From Callorhinchus milii (taxonomy: Eukaryota): DNA of 64,000 bases. The position numbers and the translations under genes are program-made. Numbering within the stretch: position 1 is the stretch's first letter; every line of letters starts with the position of its first letter. The notes beneath the pieces were generated by a model. It was given only the letters and a program-made list of their open reading frames with translations. It was not told where the DNA came from and did not search any database. This document shows positions 62,261 through 64,000 of the stretch, in pieces. The stretch spans positions 88,786,001-88,850,000 of the forward strand of contig NW_024704743.1 in the NCBI RefSeq assembly GCF_018977255.1. Direction: 5' to 3'.

Positions 62261-63371
62261 TAAATGAGACATCTCAAAGACGTGTTAAGGCGCTATAACC
62301 AATGCAAGGAGTATTATGATTACTATTATTACTATAAATAAGCAAAACATTTTAGGCCAATAATTGAGATACTCTACAATGAGCGATGAGTCTGGATTTA
62401 TTCAACATTGACCCTGAACCTAAAACGTCCATCACACTGAAAAGTTAAGGATTATACACCTTAAAATGAACTACACATTACCACTGCTTTTGGACACATT
62501 TTTGCAATTACATAATAGCCACTCTAGTTCTTTCTGGCTGAACACCCTAAAATACTATAAATAATCTGATGATAAAAATCATGTGTGTGAGTCATTCTAC
62601 CAATATGAATCATTGCACCCATTGTAGGTTTTAACATGTGCTTAGAAATAGGAGAAACATTACATGTGTAGGAGGTGAAAAGTGTAGGTGCAAAAAGTGT
62701 GAAACTCACTGAGAGTGGGAGTATTGGCAATTATGGATATTTGACAATAGAAATGAAAAGACATATTGAAGATTTTAAACCTTCAAATGATACCATTTTA
62801 ATTAAAGTCCGATGACTTGTCAAACATTGCAAAGTTTGCTTTTATTAACTTAGCCTTGGAAATTTGCTTTGAGATAGAGTTAGAGTTCTGTGGTCCACAC
62901 ACAATACTTTTTGAAACGTCATTCTAATGGCAGCCCAATTGTTACCTGTTAGGTTTGCTCATTTACTAATTTTACTTTATTAACAAAAATAAATTAATGA
63001 TATGCCATTAATAAATGTTATAAAGTCAGTGATGAAATTTCAAAAGACAAAACCCAGCCAGCTATGTTGAAACCCCAAATAGAGATGATTTAGCTCAGAG
63101 GCAAGATAAATAATGGAACAGTACATGAAAGAGCAAAAAGCATTGCGAGATACATTCACAAAGAAGGGGGGCTTGAAATACAACTGCTTCGCATTTATGA
63201 GGCTAGGGAGGTGTGAGGCAATGAGATCCATGGAAACTCTAACAATTGGATCCACTCCCTTTCCCTCTCTCACATGTATGTAATGTATGGGATGGAAAAG
63301 GAGCAAAAGCTCCTGGTGAGAACAACCAACAAAGAAAGTACTAGTTGAGAACTAAGAAATATAAAGCACAA

Positions 63372-64000
63372 TAAGAACATAAGAACATAAGAATTAGGAG
63401 CAGGAGTAGGCCATTTGGCCCCTCGAGCCTACCCCGCCATTCGATAAGATCATGGCTGATCTTCAGACCTAACTCTAATTACCTGCCCTATCCCCATATC
63501 CCCTAATCCCTCTGTTTTTTAAAAATCTATCAGTCTCAGCCTTGAAGATGTTCTACAGCCTTCTGGGGCAGTGAATTCCATAAATTCACTACCCTCTGAG
63601 TGAAGAAATATTTCCTCAACTCTGTTCTAAAAGGATGACCTTTAATTTTAAGACTGTGACCCCTGGTTATAGATTCTCCTACCAGGGGAAACAGACCCTC
63701 AGTGTCTATTTATCCAGCCCTTTAAGAATCTTATATGTTTCAATAAGATCTCCCCTAATTCTTCTGTACTCTAGAGAATATAGCCCTAGTTTATTCAGCC
63801 TATCCTCATAGGTCAGTCCCCTCATCCCAGGAACTAACCGAGTGAATCTACGCTGCACCCCCTCGAGGGCAAGTATGTCCTTTTTTAAATAAGGAGACCA
63901 AAACTGCACACAATACTCTAGGTGCGGTCTCACCAAGACCCTACACAGTTGCAGCAAGACTTCCCTACTCTTGTACTCCTAAACTTTTGCAATGAACGCT
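63372..64000 (-). mobile_element. CR1 3' portion (runs off the window end)
   Basis: [48 protein letters not shown]; tail (aagaacat)n. Confidence 0.95.

Noticed and set aside
1..64000. CRISPR arrays, operons, prokaryotic defence systems or V(D)J segment arrays
   Set aside because: The sequence is vertebrate repeat-rich DNA; no regularly spaced repeat-spacer array, long ORFs or RSS-flanked segments were seen

Overview
This is eukaryotic, AT-rich, repeat-dense, apparently non-coding DNA (gene desert or large intron) from a cartilaginous fish. The repeat repertoire suggests a chimaera/holocephalan, but that is inference. No host protein-coding gene can be supported. The ORF-track entries with recognisable motifs are fragments of decayed L2 and CR1 LINE ORF2, and the rest look spurious. 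The window holds many 5'-truncated L2 copies (longest about 2 kb, 43662-45655), at least three CR1 families, older Deu-domain SINEs, and a younger composite SINE (tRNA-Ala-like head + CORE-like block + DeuSINE-type 3' body + L2 tail) in long and short subfamilies. It also holds small DNA-transposon remnants and two Penelope-like terminal-repeat remnants carrying a minimal hammerhead-ribozyme motif. The most interesting signals are the hammerhead/Penelope remnants, the 3' stem-loop shared by LINE and SINE with a swapped pentaloop, the 30-60 nt tail-only L2 insertions, and several nested or rearranged insertions. Family assignments come from recognition by eye without database searches, and boundaries are approximate (about 10-30 nt).
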